Assembly: GCA_963736005.1 (NCBI GenBank)
Contig: CAVTNB010000005.1
Location: 1 to 19,140 of the forward strand
DNA: 19,140 bases
Reading direction: 5' to 3'
Source of the DNA: an uncultured Pseudomonadota bacterium
GTDB lineage: Bacteria; Vulcanimicrobiota; Vulcanimicrobiia; Eremiobacterales; Eremiobacteraceae
The position numbers and the translations under genes were made by a program. This document shows positions 1 to 7,599 of the stretch, in pieces (position 1 is the first letter of the stretch; the number at the start of each line of letters is the position of its first letter). The notes beneath the pieces are model-generated. The model searched no databases. It was not told where the DNA came from and saw only the letters and a list, made by a program, of their open reading frames with translations.

Positions 1-369
1 CTGCACGAGTTGCTTGTCGCATCCCTCGAGCTTGACGGCGTGGGCGCCAGCTTCTTTGAGGAAGCGGCCAGCGTTGCGGACTGCTTCGTCGTGCCCGCAT
101 TGGTACGAAAGAAACGGCATGTCCCCAATGATAAATGCGCCTCGAGCACCTCGGGCAACCGAGCTCGTGTGATACAGCATTTCCTCCATGGTTACTGGTA
201 GCGTTGTTTCGTACCCGGCTGACACCATGCCCACAGAATCGCCAACCAAGATTGCGTCGACGCCCGCGCTGTGGACCATGGTTGCGGTGAGAGCATCGTA
301 TGCGGTGATCACGACGATGCGCTCGTGGCGCCGTTTCTTCTCGGCAAAAGTAAGGACTGAGGTTGGCAT
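1..369 (-). CDS. panB: 3-methyl-2-oxobutanoate hydroxymethyltransferase (5' part; runs off window start)
   Basis: Not in the ORF track; my translation from ATG 369: MPTSVLTFAEKKRRHERIVVITAYDALTATMVHSAGVDAILVGDSVGMVSAGYETTLPVTMEEMLYH...IIGDMPFLSY...AVKLEG. Carries the PanB motifs TAYD, LVGDS, GDMPF, VKLEG; GAGG SD upstream. Confidence 0.96.
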   Translation of the reverse strand, partial: MPTSVLTFAEKKRRHERIVVITAYDALTATMVHSAGVDAILVGDSVGMVSAGYETTLPVTMEEMLYHTSSVARGARGAFIIGDMPFLSYQCGHDEAVRNAGRFLKEAGAHAVKLEGCDKQLVQ

Positions 370-379
370 GTTTGCCTCG

Positions 380-673
380 CTAGCGAACGCGCAGGACGCG
401 CAGCATGGTTCGCCCGACCACGAATGGTTCGTCGACCGCGATCATTGCCGTGAGCACAGCTTCTCCACGGACGATCGTGCCGTTGCTCGATCCAAGATCG
501 ACGATCGAGCATTGTTCGCCGCTCATGTCGATTTGCGCATGGCGACGCGAAACGGCTCGGTCCACATGCAGCGCCGCTTGGGCAGCGGTCGCATCGCGTC
601 CGATAATGATGCGAGAATCGAACTCCCAGCGTTTGCCGTCAAGTGGTCCACTCATTGCTTCAAGAACATACAT
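380..673 (-). CDS. Stand-alone FHA domain protein
   Basis: FHA signature GR...SRRHA...DLGSSNGT (IIIGRD, AVSRRHAQI, VDLGSSNGT); ends 10 nt before the panB start. Confidence 0.9.
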   Translation of the reverse strand: MYVLEAMSGPLDGKRWEFDSRIIIGRDATAAQAALHVDRAVSRRHAQIDMSGEQCSIVDLGSSNGTIVRGEAVLTAMIAVDEPFVVGRTMLRVLRVR

Positions 674-855
674 CGGCTACTTGTCTTTCGGCGATGAGAC
701 CTTGTTCCCCCGTGTATCCATGCGGCTTTGCGGGTGCGACGTGTGGCCTGCGTGATGTCCCAAGTGTGACGGAGCTGTGATGGTTCCGTGCCTAATTTGC
801 CCTAAAATGCGGCCGAACACTAGAACATGAGGGGCCCGACCCCGGTTGTTGGAGT

Positions 856-1089
856 ATGAACCGAGTGGACCAACCTGAGGTGAGCGACTTGCAGACATCC
901 GACCTGCTTGACATCGATCCGGACGCTCTGCGCGAAGCTGAAAGAGTCTTCGCCCAAGGCATTTTGGACACCATGGCAGGCAAACAGGTGCTGCGCGCAA
1001 TCTATGAAGACACGCGAGTGGTCGTCGTTATGAACGACGGCAGCGAATACTATTTCTATGGATTCATGGGAGAGTCCAAGAAGCACTGA
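856..1089 (+). CDS. Small acidic hypothetical protein (77 aa; start uncertain, alternative GTG at 880)
   Basis: Protein-like composition, fills the gap between FHA and PilZ genes, followed by hairpin/REP cluster; no recognisable motif. Confidence 0.6.
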   Translation: MNRVDQPEVSDLQTSDLLDIDPDALREAERVFAQGILDTMAGKQVLRAIYEDTRVVVVMNDGSEYYFYGFMGESKKH

Positions 1090-1131
1090 CGGCGTACGCG
1101 AATTTCATTCGCGACAACCGCATAAACGAAT

Positions 1132-1160
1132 CGGGCGACTCTCCAGTCGCCCGCTACATT
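1132..1160 (-). repeat. GTAG-family REP-like palindrome (GGGCGA subfamily)
   Basis: + strand cgggcgact-ctcc-agtcgcccg-ctacatt; perfect 9-bp stem, AATGTAG foot on - strand. Confidence 0.85.
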
Positions 1161-1174
1161 TTCGCCGGTACGTT

Positions 1175-1202
1175 TGAGCGATGTACAATCGCCCACTACA
1201 TT
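1175..1202 (-). repeat. GTAG-family REP-like palindrome (GGGCGA subfamily), overlapping PilZ stop codon
   Basis: + strand tgagcgat-gtaca-atcgccca-ctacatt; 8-bp stem with 1 mismatch; on - strand reads TAA(stop)TGTAG. Confidence 0.75.
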
Positions 1203-1548
1203 ATGGGTGAGTCACTTGCGCCTCTACGAAGTGCGCAATGGCGGCTCGGTCGTCCTTATCGATGGACGTGAACGCCACGCCATGATGATATTTCTGTTCG
1301 GGCGCTGCGTAATAACTCAAGACCACGCGACCCCGGGCTCTGATCTCTGGGCCACCGTCGGGAAGAACGAACGAGAGTCGCACAGTCGAGCGCGCCGGCG
1401 CGTGCTTGTCGGACACTAACCGCATGCCGCCTTCACCGAGGTCGACCACTGCGCCCTCAAGACGCCCGCCGTCTCCCTCAAGTGTGAGCTTCACGGGAAG
1501 CGATACAGTCGTGCGCACATACTGACGCCGCTGTACGTTATCTGCCAT
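1201..1548 (-). CDS. Single-domain PilZ protein (putative c-di-GMP receptor)
   Basis: RRQYVR (RxxxR) and DLGEGG (D-x-S/A-x-x-G variant), followed by typical PilZ beta-strands (RGRVV, GVAF). Confidence 0.9.
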   Translation of the reverse strand: MADNVQRRQYVRTTVSLPVKLTLEGDGGRLEGAVVDLGEGGMRLVSDKHAPARSTVRLSFVLPDGGPEIRARGRVVLSYYAAPEQKYHHGVAFTSIDKDDRAAIAHFVEAQVTHP

Positions 1549-1587
1549 GTGGGTTAGAGTATTCTCGGCCTTAGCGAGCGAGCCTGC

Positions 1588-2850
1588 TCACACAAGCGCG
1601 GCAGCCGCTCCCAGCACGCCAATTACCCCGTGGGTGACGTCCATGCCACCTTGCAGGTACGCCTCGTACGGGGGCCTCATGGGGGCATCGCACGACAGCT
1701 CCATGGTCGAGCCACCGATGAACGATCCCATGGCCATGATCACCGGGTCTGCGTAACCCGGTACGGGTCCAGGTTCAGGTCGTGCTCGCGAATTAATCGG
1801 AAGCATCCTTTGCAAGCCTTCGGTAAATTTTACCAGCAGTTTTGGGTCCCCGAGTCCGATGGCCTGAATGATGTCGAAGCGAGGTCCGCCGGGTTTTGGG
1901 TCAACCGGATATCCCAATGCCAAAAAAAGTGCCGCGGCAAAGTCCATGATCTTCAGCGACTCCGCCACGACCTTAGGCGCCCGATGCAGACCGGCGAACA
2001 GCCAGCGCGAAACATCTAGGCTAGGACCGACTTTGCGCCCAAGTCCGAGCGCAAAAATTTTTTCGGCGACGTGCTCGATAATCTCGGTCCGGCCAGCGAC
2101 GTATGCACCCGCGGGTGCCAATCCGCCACCTGGATTTTTTATGAGCGATCCCACGACGACGTCCACGTCAACTGCGCACGGCTCGCGCGGCTCGACAAAT
2201 TCTCCATAACAATTATCCACGAGGACGATTGACGTGGGGCTGTGTTCGCGGACCAGCTGCGTGATCGATGCAATCTCCGTTACGGAAAGTGCAGGCCGCG
2301 GTGCGTAGCCACGCGACCGTTGAATAAAAATGAGTTCGGGTGATTGTTTGAGCGCGCCGGCGATTCCATAGCGATCGAACGCGCAGTCGGCCGCAAGCGG
2401 AACCTCGATATAGCGGCTGCGTCCACCCAACTCCTCACTCGCAAGCGGTTCGGTCAGAGCGAGCCGGAGAGTGTCGTATGGTTGACCCGTTACCGAACAC
2501 AGCCGACCGTGCGCTCCCAAAAGTGCGCGCGCTGTCGCCACGATAGCATGGGTGCCACTTGCCAGCTGTACGCGAGCTATCGCCGCTTGAGCGTCAAGCG
2601 TCTTCGCCAAAAGCGCTTCGTATGCGTCGCGGCCGGCGTCATGGTAGCCATACCCGGTCGAGCCTGCCAGGTGCCCTTCGTGCAGTCCGCTCTCGGCAAA
2701 GCACTTGAGCACTTTCGCGCCGATCACCATGGCACAACGGTCGCGCTCGAGCCACGCCTGCGAGACGCTTTCTCTCGCAGCCTCCGCCACGTCAAGGAGT
2801 TTTGGCGCGAAGCCGAAGGGCTCAAGCGCCGTTCGAAAACTTGCCCTCAT
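1588..2850 (-). CDS. Methionine gamma-lyase family / aluminium-resistance (YnbB-like) PLP-dependent protein
   Basis: Motifs GSTGYGYHDAGRD, SGTHAI, GQPYDTL, IQRSRGY, VDNCYGEFVE, GSLIKNPGGG, ELSCDAPMRPPY, YLQGG; ATGA overlap with the upstream EIIC gene. Confidence 0.93.
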   Translation of the reverse strand: MRASFRTALEPFGFAPKLLDVAEAARESVSQAWLERDRCAMVIGAKVLKCFAESGLHEGHLAGSTGYGYHDAGRDAYEALLAKTLDAQAAIARVQLASGTHAIVATARALLGAHGRLCSVTGQPYDTLRLALTEPLASEELGGRSRYIEVPLAADCAFDRYGIAGALKQSPELIFIQRSRGYAPRPALSVTEIASITQLVREHSPTSIVLVDNCYGEFVEPREPCAVDVDVVVGSLIKNPGGGLAPAGAYVAGRTEIIEHVAEKIFALGLGRKVGPSLDVSRWLFAGLHRAPKVVAESLKIMDFAAALFLALGYPVDPKPGGPRFDIIQAIGLGDPKLLVKFTEGLQRMLPINSRARPEPGPVPGYADPVIMAMGSFIGGSTMELSCDAPMRPPYEAYLQGGMDVTHGVIGVLGAAAALV

Positions 2851-4130
2851 GGGAGTTGCCGCGGCGCCAGCACCGTATGTTCTGCCCGTTCATGCTCGCG
2901 AATCGCCTCCGCAGCTTTCACCAACTCTTCCTCTTCTTGCGGTCGGCGTTGGATTGCGCGCTCAAATGCGCCCCAAAATGGCGTCCAAAGAACGAATGCA
3001 ATGGCTATGTTGATAGCGATAAGGACAAGCGCGCGCCAGTCACCTTGCGTCGTCATCCAGGCGGCGATCACTGACGGGAATGCGCCAGGCAACCAGACCG
3101 AGGTCGGCTGCACAAACCCATACGCCTCCGCCGCAAAGGTGATCGCGGCCAAAATCATCGGAATGACGATGAACGGGATGGCGAGCCCGGGATTCATCAC
3201 GATCGGGATTCCAAAGATGAGCGGTTCGTTGATGTTACACGTGCTCGGCAGAAACGACGCAATGGCCAAACGGCGCAGCCGCTGCACGCGCGAGCGCAGC
3301 AAGAGGAACGCAAGCGGCAGCGTTGCACCCGAGCCACCTGGATACACAAAGGCAAAAATCATCATCGTGACTACGTAGGGCGGGTGCTGGTGATGAAGTA
3401 GCGCTTGTGCATTCTCATCGAGGGCTCGCAAGTACACGGGAGTCGTGACGGCCGCAAGAAAGGCCGGCCCGTGAATACCAGCAGACCAGAGCAGCGTCTG
3501 CAAAAACACGACGATGAGCAAGGCGGGCAGCGTGTCGCCCACTGCTACCAGCGGATGCACGATGCGGACAAGCCAATCGGCGAAGCTGACGTGGAGCAGC
3601 GCGAGTCCTCCAAAAATAACGGCCGACCCAGCGGCCCCGGCGGCAATCGCGGTTACCTCGTTAGGAATTCTTGCTGCCGCAACCCGCATCACCTCGCCGG
3701 TGACGAGGCCAACGATGAGCGCAAGGAACAGGCTGGTTGCGGAAATCTGCCCGAGGAAGTCTTCAAAGTGCAGGTGCAGCGCATTCTGCGGCAGGGAGAG
3801 CAAGAACGCCGCGAGCCCCACGGCAATGCCCGCAACGCGATTGAACCCAAAGCGCGCTGCAAGGCGATCCGGAAGTACGGCGGCCAGCGCCAAACCCATG
3901 AAACCAAACCCGATGTGATAGGCTTGGAAGAAACGATCGAGCAATGGCCCCGGCGGGAGCAAGAAAAACGCGATGACCGTCCAGCCACCAAAGGCATAAA
4001 ATGCGATTTGCACTGCGTCACGGATCGCGATGAGATGCGGTTCGTCAGCCCACTGCCGGAGAACCGGGAAGACACGAAGCTCGAGTGCCGTCACGGCGCG
4101 AGACAATCCGCCCGCAGCGGGCGAATTCAA
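2847..4130 (-). CDS. PTS EIIC permease, lactose/cellobiose/chitobiose (CelB/ChbC) family
   Basis: Multi-TM; AIRD near N-terminus, LWSAGIHG, GGSGATL, NINEPLIFGIPIVMNP. TTG start uncertain. Confidence 0.88.
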   Translation of the reverse strand: MNSPAAGGLSRAVTALELRVFPVLRQWADEPHLIAIRDAVQIAFYAFGGWTVIAFFLLPPGPLLDRFFQAYHIGFGFMGLALAAVLPDRLAARFGFNRVAGIAVGLAAFLLSLPQNALHLHFEDFLGQISATSLFLALIVGLVTGEVMRVAAARIPNEVTAIAAGAAGSAVIFGGLALLHVSFADWLVRIVHPLVAVGDTLPALLIVVFLQTLLWSAGIHGPAFLAAVTTPVYLRALDENAQALLHHQHPPYVVTMMIFAFVYPGGSGATLPLAFLLLRSRVQRLRRLAIASFLPSTCNINEPLIFGIPIVMNPGLAIPFIVIPMILAAITFAAEAYGFVQPTSVWLPGAFPSVIAAWMTTQGDWRALVLIAINIAIAFVLWTPFWGAFERAIQRRPQEEEELVKAAEAIREHERAEHTVLAPRQLP

Positions 4131-4148
4131 ATGGGAGCGTCCAAGACG

Positions 4149-4898
4149 CTAGACGGCAGACGAACGGGCGCGCGCCCGCTTTGCCGCGCTCGCAACGAAC
4201 TCAGAAAAAAGTGTTCTGCTCGGGGCGTCCACCTCAACCATTTCCTCAGGGTGCCATTGCACGCCGATGTAGAATGGATGGTTCGAGCGAGCCTCGACCG
4301 CTTCGATGATCCCGTCTCTCGTTTTGCCTACGATGACAAGATCGTGCGCAACCCGGCGCAGCGCCTGATGATGCATGGAGTTGGTAGGGATCATGCGGCT
4401 GCCCAGAAGCTCTGCGAGCATGCTACCATGGGTAAAATCGACGGGGTGAGTGGCTTCATGGCGAGGGTGCGGCGGCGTCTGCCTGTGTTGCAAAACTAGG
4501 TCATTTGCCGGCTGATATTGATCCGGCACATCTTCCCACAGCGTGCCGCCCAATGCGACGTTCATCACCTGCACGCCGCGGCAGATCCCAAGCGTGGGAA
4601 GATCGTGGCGCAATGCTGCTCGAGCGGCGGCGAGCTCCATGCGATCGTACTGCGGAGGGGCTTTGCTTAGGGTCGGGTGATCCCGTCCTCCATATTCCTC
4701 GGGATCCAAATCAGCGCCGCCCGGGAGCACCAGGCCATCGAAACCGAGGAGAACGCGAGGCACGTCTTCAGGTTCGGAGATGTCTGCGAGCAGCACGGGA
4801 TCGCCACCCGCTTTTTCGACGGCGCGCTTGTACGCGAGAAGATAGTTTGGCTCGTTGAGTCGCTGTGCGTCTGCGGTGATTGCGATGCGCGGTTTCAT
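4149..4898 (-). CDS. Gamma-glutamyl-gamma-aminobutyrate hydrolase family (peptidase C26, class I GATase-like)
   Basis: GLVLPGGADLDP, LGICRGVQVMNVALGGTL (catalytic Cys), NSMHHQA, GVQWHPE (His-Glu). Confidence 0.93.
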   Translation of the reverse strand: MKPRIAITADAQRLNEPNYLLAYKRAVEKAGGDPVLLADISEPEDVPRVLLGFDGLVLPGGADLDPEEYGGRDHPTLSKAPPQYDRMELAAARAALRHDLPTLGICRGVQVMNVALGGTLWEDVPDQYQPANDLVLQHRQTPPHPRHEATHPVDFTHGSMLAELLGSRMIPTNSMHHQALRRVAHDLVIVGKTRDGIIEAVEARSNHPFYIGVQWHPEEMVEVDAPSRTLFSEFVASAAKRARARSSAV

Positions 4899-4969
4899 GT
4901 GTGTGCACGACTTTTCTCAAGTCGCACAAATTCATTCGCGCGTGCGGGACGGAACGCAACGAACTTGGA

Positions 4970-4997
4970 CGCGCGAACGAATTCGCGCGACTACATT
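4970..4997 (-). repeat. GTAG-family REP-like palindrome (CGCGAA subfamily)
   Basis: + strand cgcgcgaa-cgaa-ttcgcgcg-a-ctacatt; 4 nt downstream of lexA stop. Confidence 0.8.
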
Positions 4998-5001
4998 GGA
5001 C

Positions 5002-5616
5002 TTAGAGCTTGCGTATGACCGCGGAAACCTTGCCGACGATCGTTGCGCGGTCAACGTAAATCGGCTCCATGAATTTGTTCTCGGGCTGCAGCCTAATGCG
5101 GTTATCTTCTTTATAGAAGCGCTTGACGGTGGCTTCGGTATCGTCTTCGGTTTGTGCGACCACGATTTCACCGTTGCTGGCTACGTTCTGGGGTGTCACG
5201 ATGATGAGATCCCCATCAAGAATCGCTGCATCGACCATCGAGTCTCCCTTGACCCTGAGGATAAACGAGTCGGCACGCTTGACGAAACTCGAGGGCAGGG
5301 TGAATTCTTCTTCGATATTCTGTTCTGCGGTGATGGGCAGACCGGCGGCGACGCGGCCGACGATGGGGAGGGTCACAACGTCTCGAGAGCTTGACGAACC
5401 GGTGACGAGGGCGCGCGGCTTGGTGGGATCGCGGCGGATGAGTCCCTTTTTCTCAAGCGTGCGGAGGTGACACTGCACTGTGGAGCTTGAAGACAGACCG
5501 ACTCGCTCGCCGATCTCGCGGACCGAAGGTGGGTATCCATGCTCCCGGGTGAACTCGCGAATTACATCCAAAATGGCCTGCTGCCGAGGCGTCATCTTGC
5601 GGTCCACTTGTGCCAT
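5002..5616 (-). CDS. lexA: SOS transcriptional repressor LexA
   Basis: HTH GYPPSVREIG..VGLSSSSTVQCHL, cleavage site VAAG, catalytic GDSM and TVKR; start moved to ATG 5616 (AAAGGG SD upstream). Confidence 0.97.
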   Translation of the reverse strand: MAQVDRKMTPRQQAILDVIREFTREHGYPPSVREIGERVGLSSSSTVQCHLRTLEKKGLIRRDPTKPRALVTGSSSSRDVVTLPIVGRVAAGLPITAEQNIEEEFTLPSSFVKRADSFILRVKGDSMVDAAILDGDLIIVTPQNVASNGEIVVAQTEDDTEATVKRFYKEDNRIRLQPENKFMEPIYVDRATIVGKVSAVIRKL

Positions 5617-5695
5617 ACCGCCCTTTCGTCTCTTAGCGATGCGGGAGCGCAACAGACGCTACCGCCCACCGGTCATGCAACCCGTGCGCGTTGAT

Positions 5696-5724
5696 ATTTT
5701 AGCACAGGTCCGTGCCGAACGCAA
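5696..5724 (-). promoter_or_regulatory. Putative sigma70 promoter of lexA
   Basis: - strand TTGCGT (5724-5719), 17 nt, extended -10 TGcTAAAAT (5704-5696); -35 overlaps SOS box 1. Confidence 0.65.
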
Positions 5725-5735
5725 ACGTTTGTTCG
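5722..5735. promoter_or_regulatory. LexA SOS (Cheo) box 1
   Basis: - strand CGAACAAACGTTTG, full match to the B. subtilis consensus CGAACRNRYGTTYG. Confidence 0.88.
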
Positions 5736-5742
5736 AAAGTCC

Positions 5743-5772
5743 TTGACAGTCCACCCCAGCTCTCGGTAGAAT
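5743..5772 (+). promoter_or_regulatory. Putative sigma70 promoter of the YneA-like gene
   Basis: TTGACA (5743-5748), 18 nt, TAGAAT (5767-5772); flanked by both SOS boxes. Confidence 0.75.
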
Positions 5773-5780
5773 TTGTCTAT

Positions 5781-5794
5781 CAAACATATGTTCG
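5781..5794. promoter_or_regulatory. LexA SOS (Cheo) box 2
   Basis: - strand CGAACATATGTTTG, full match to CGAACRNRYGTTYG; lies just after the predicted +1 of the LysM gene. Confidence 0.88.
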
Positions 5795-5818
5795 ATTGAC
5801 CACTGGAGGTGGAAAGCT

Positions 5819-6118
5819 ATGTACCGCGGCCACGGTGGACCGGGCGCCAGCCTGATTCCCCTGATTCAGCTCCTCTCCCTCGTCCTTTTGTTCTCTGTTC
5901 CGGCACTGTGGGGGTCCAAAGTTTTTACCTCCACCCCCATGCACTACGACCGAGTTACGGTTCAACCCGGCGACACCGTTTGGGCGCTTGTTTCGCGGCG
6001 TTCGCAAGCCACTGACGACCTGGGTGAAGCTGTTTATCAGGTTTCACAGATCAACCACCTGAGACCCAACGCGAAGCTGCAGCCCGGCAGCGTGCTGCTG
6101 CTCCCCAAGCGGATGTAA
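5819..6118 (+). CDS. TM + LysM protein, YneA/ChiZ-like SOS cell-division inhibitor
   Basis: Hydrophobic helix LIPLIQLLSLVLLFSVPALW, then LysM VTVQPGDTVWALV...INHL...LQPGSVLLLP; GGAGGT SD at 5805-5810; divergent from lexA as for yneA. Confidence 0.85.
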   Translation: MYRGHGGPGASLIPLIQLLSLVLLFSVPALWGSKVFTSTPMHYDRVTVQPGDTVWALVSRRSQATDDLGEAVYQVSQINHLRPNAKLQPGSVLLLPKRM

Positions 6119-6166
6119 GGCTCCTGCGACTGCAACGGTCGGCTTTGGCCGATCGGCGAGACATCT

Positions 6167-6195
6167 AGGGCGATCGAATCGATCGCCCTTTTTTT
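6167..6195 (+). terminator. Rho-independent terminator after the LysM gene
   Basis: Inverted repeat agggcgatcga-a-tcgatcgccct ending in a T7 run (6189-6195). Confidence 0.8.
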
Positions 6196-6232
6196 ACCCG
6201 GACGTGTGGCCCACAGCGTCGTACTCTGGAGG

Positions 6233-7087
6233 ATGGTGTCTAACTCCACGAGGCGCCTTGCAGTTATCTTCCTCTCGCTGGCACTGCTGGGAGCCGGTCA
6301 GGTTCAACCCAGCGCTGCACTGACGCAAGTCCTCGCGACCATTGCGCACTTTGATGATGCGTCACGCATTGCGATTTCGTATTGGGCGAGTTATCCGAAT
6401 CCGCAGGCACCCGATACGCCGCTGACCGATCTCGACCAAGTGCAAACCAAGGTTCTCACTCTCATCCCTGCGGAGCGCGACGCTCTCTTTACCTGGTTGA
6501 CCCATGGCGGTCGAGAAAAGCTCTACGCTTTGGGAGTGACCGACAAAGATATCGGTCCGTGCCAGCCGCTCATCGATCCGAAGAGTTGCCACACCTCGCC
6601 CGCGCTCGGTCTCGCGCAATCGACGCCATCGGCCAGCGCACGAGCCTTCTCGACAACTGGAGGGCCGCGCGATCTTACTTTTAGCGCCACGAGCGATGCC
6701 TCTGCTGCAAGCGGCATTGCGCTTGAACATGGTTTCGCGTCGGTCGACGCTGACGCCGGCACGGTGACCCACTGCATCAGTTTTCGAAACACGACCCAAA
6801 AAACCGTGGCTGCCCTGACGCTGACGTATAAGATTCTTTCGAAATCGGGTGACGTGCTCACCGCAGGCGCTGATATCGTCGTGGGGTCCTTTACCGCAGG
6901 GGAAGAAATCACAGGTCCCTCATCGCTCGGTGAGTTTCAAGACACCCAAAGCAGCGGCCACTCTTCGCCATCGAATTGCTGGATACGATCATCGAGCGCA
7001 CAGGATTCCGTGCTGCAGCGCGCAGCTCGCTTCACTGTTGGGGTCGCTTCGGTCACCTATGAAGACGGCAGCCACTGGTCGCTGTGA
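6233..7087 (+). CDS. Secreted hypothetical protein (signal peptide, Ser/Thr linker, beta-rich C-terminal domain)
   Basis: MVSNSTRRLAVIFLSLALLGAG signal-like N-terminus; two Cys pairs; ends VASVTYEDGSHWSL; fills the gap between terminator and rpsO promoter. Start (6233 vs 6236 vs 6206) uncertain. Confidence 0.75.
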   Translation: MVSNSTRRLAVIFLSLALLGAGQVQPSAALTQVLATIAHFDDASRIAISYWASYPNPQAPDTPLTDLDQVQTKVLTLIPAERDALFTWLTHGGREKLYALGVTDKDIGPCQPLIDPKSCHTSPALGLAQSTPSASARAFSTTGGPRDLTFSATSDASAASGIALEHGFASVDADAGTVTHCISFRNTTQKTVAALTLTYKILSKSGDVLTAGADIVVGSFTAGEEITGPSSLGEFQDTQSSGHSSPSNCWIRSSSAQDSVLQRAARFTVGVASVTYEDGSHWSL

Positions 7088-7094
7088 AGTCACA

Positions 7095-7124
7095 TTGACG
7101 CGCGCCAATGCCCTATGGTATCCT
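7095..7124 (+). promoter_or_regulatory. Putative sigma70 promoter of rpsO-pnp
   Basis: TTGACG (7095-7100), 18 nt, extended -10 TGgTATCCT (7116-7124). Confidence 0.7.
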
Positions 7125-7194
7125 AAAAGCTCGCTTTACGGCGGCTCCGGCAGCTTTGCTCGAGCCGTTCGCGAATACGGAGGAGAATCACACC

Positions 7195-7464
7195 GTGGCG
7201 CTTTCCAAGGAACACAAATCTTCAGTCATTGGCAGCTTCAAGCGAGCCGAAAATGATACGGGCTCGGCGGAAGTGCAAATCGCGTTGCTCACTGAGTCAA
7301 TCAATGATCTCACGCAACATCTTCAGACCCACAAGAAAGATCACGCGAGCCGCCGTGGGTTGCTGATCAAAGTCGGCAAGCGGCGCCGGCTTCTTAAATA
7401 TCTCGAGCGGGCAGACTTAGAGCGCTATCGCGCCATCGTCGAAAAGCTTGGCCTGCGGCACTAG
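7195..7464 (+). CDS. rpsO: 30S ribosomal protein S15
   Basis: GTG start after GGAGGAG; 89 aa; [30 protein letters not shown]. Confidence 0.98.
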   Translation: MALSKEHKSSVIGSFKRAENDTGSAEVQIALLTESINDLTQHLQTHKKDHASRRGLLIKVGKRRRLLKYLERADLERYRAIVEKLGLRH

Positions 7465-7470
7465 GCGACA

Positions 7471-7500
7471 CGAGCGAGCCACAAGGTTCGCTGCTACATT
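7471..7500 (-). repeat. GTAG-family REP-like palindrome (CAGCG subfamily)
   Basis: + strand agcgagcc-acaa-ggttcgct-g-ctacatt; reverse complement is 24/28 identical to 14761-14788. Confidence 0.8.
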
Positions 7501-7599
7501 CGCCCTGTCGCGAATCAAAGCCAAAAGGTCCGTTCGCGCCGTGCCAGAAGACTAACTGGTACACGAAAAGCAAAACACACTTAAGAGGAGGATCCCCTT

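Noticed and set aside
715..810. c-di-GMP-I riboswitch (GGGCAAA and GCAAAGCC on - strand)
   Set aside because: Motifs are too far apart and the GNRA-capped P2 stem is missing.
814..828. SOS box GAAC-ACTA-GAAC
   Set aside because: Direct repeat with N4 spacing fits neither the Cheo palindrome nor the alphaproteobacterial GAAC-N7-GAAC box.
677..1000. 107-aa - strand ORF upstream of the FHA gene
   Set aside because: Overlaps the more protein-like 856..1089 ORF and the probable promoter region; no recognisable features.
2344..4499. Long antisense ORFs (344 aa and 364 aa, +), and similar shadows such as 15921..16751
   Set aside because: Opposite well-supported genes in GC-rich DNA; no motifs or RBS.
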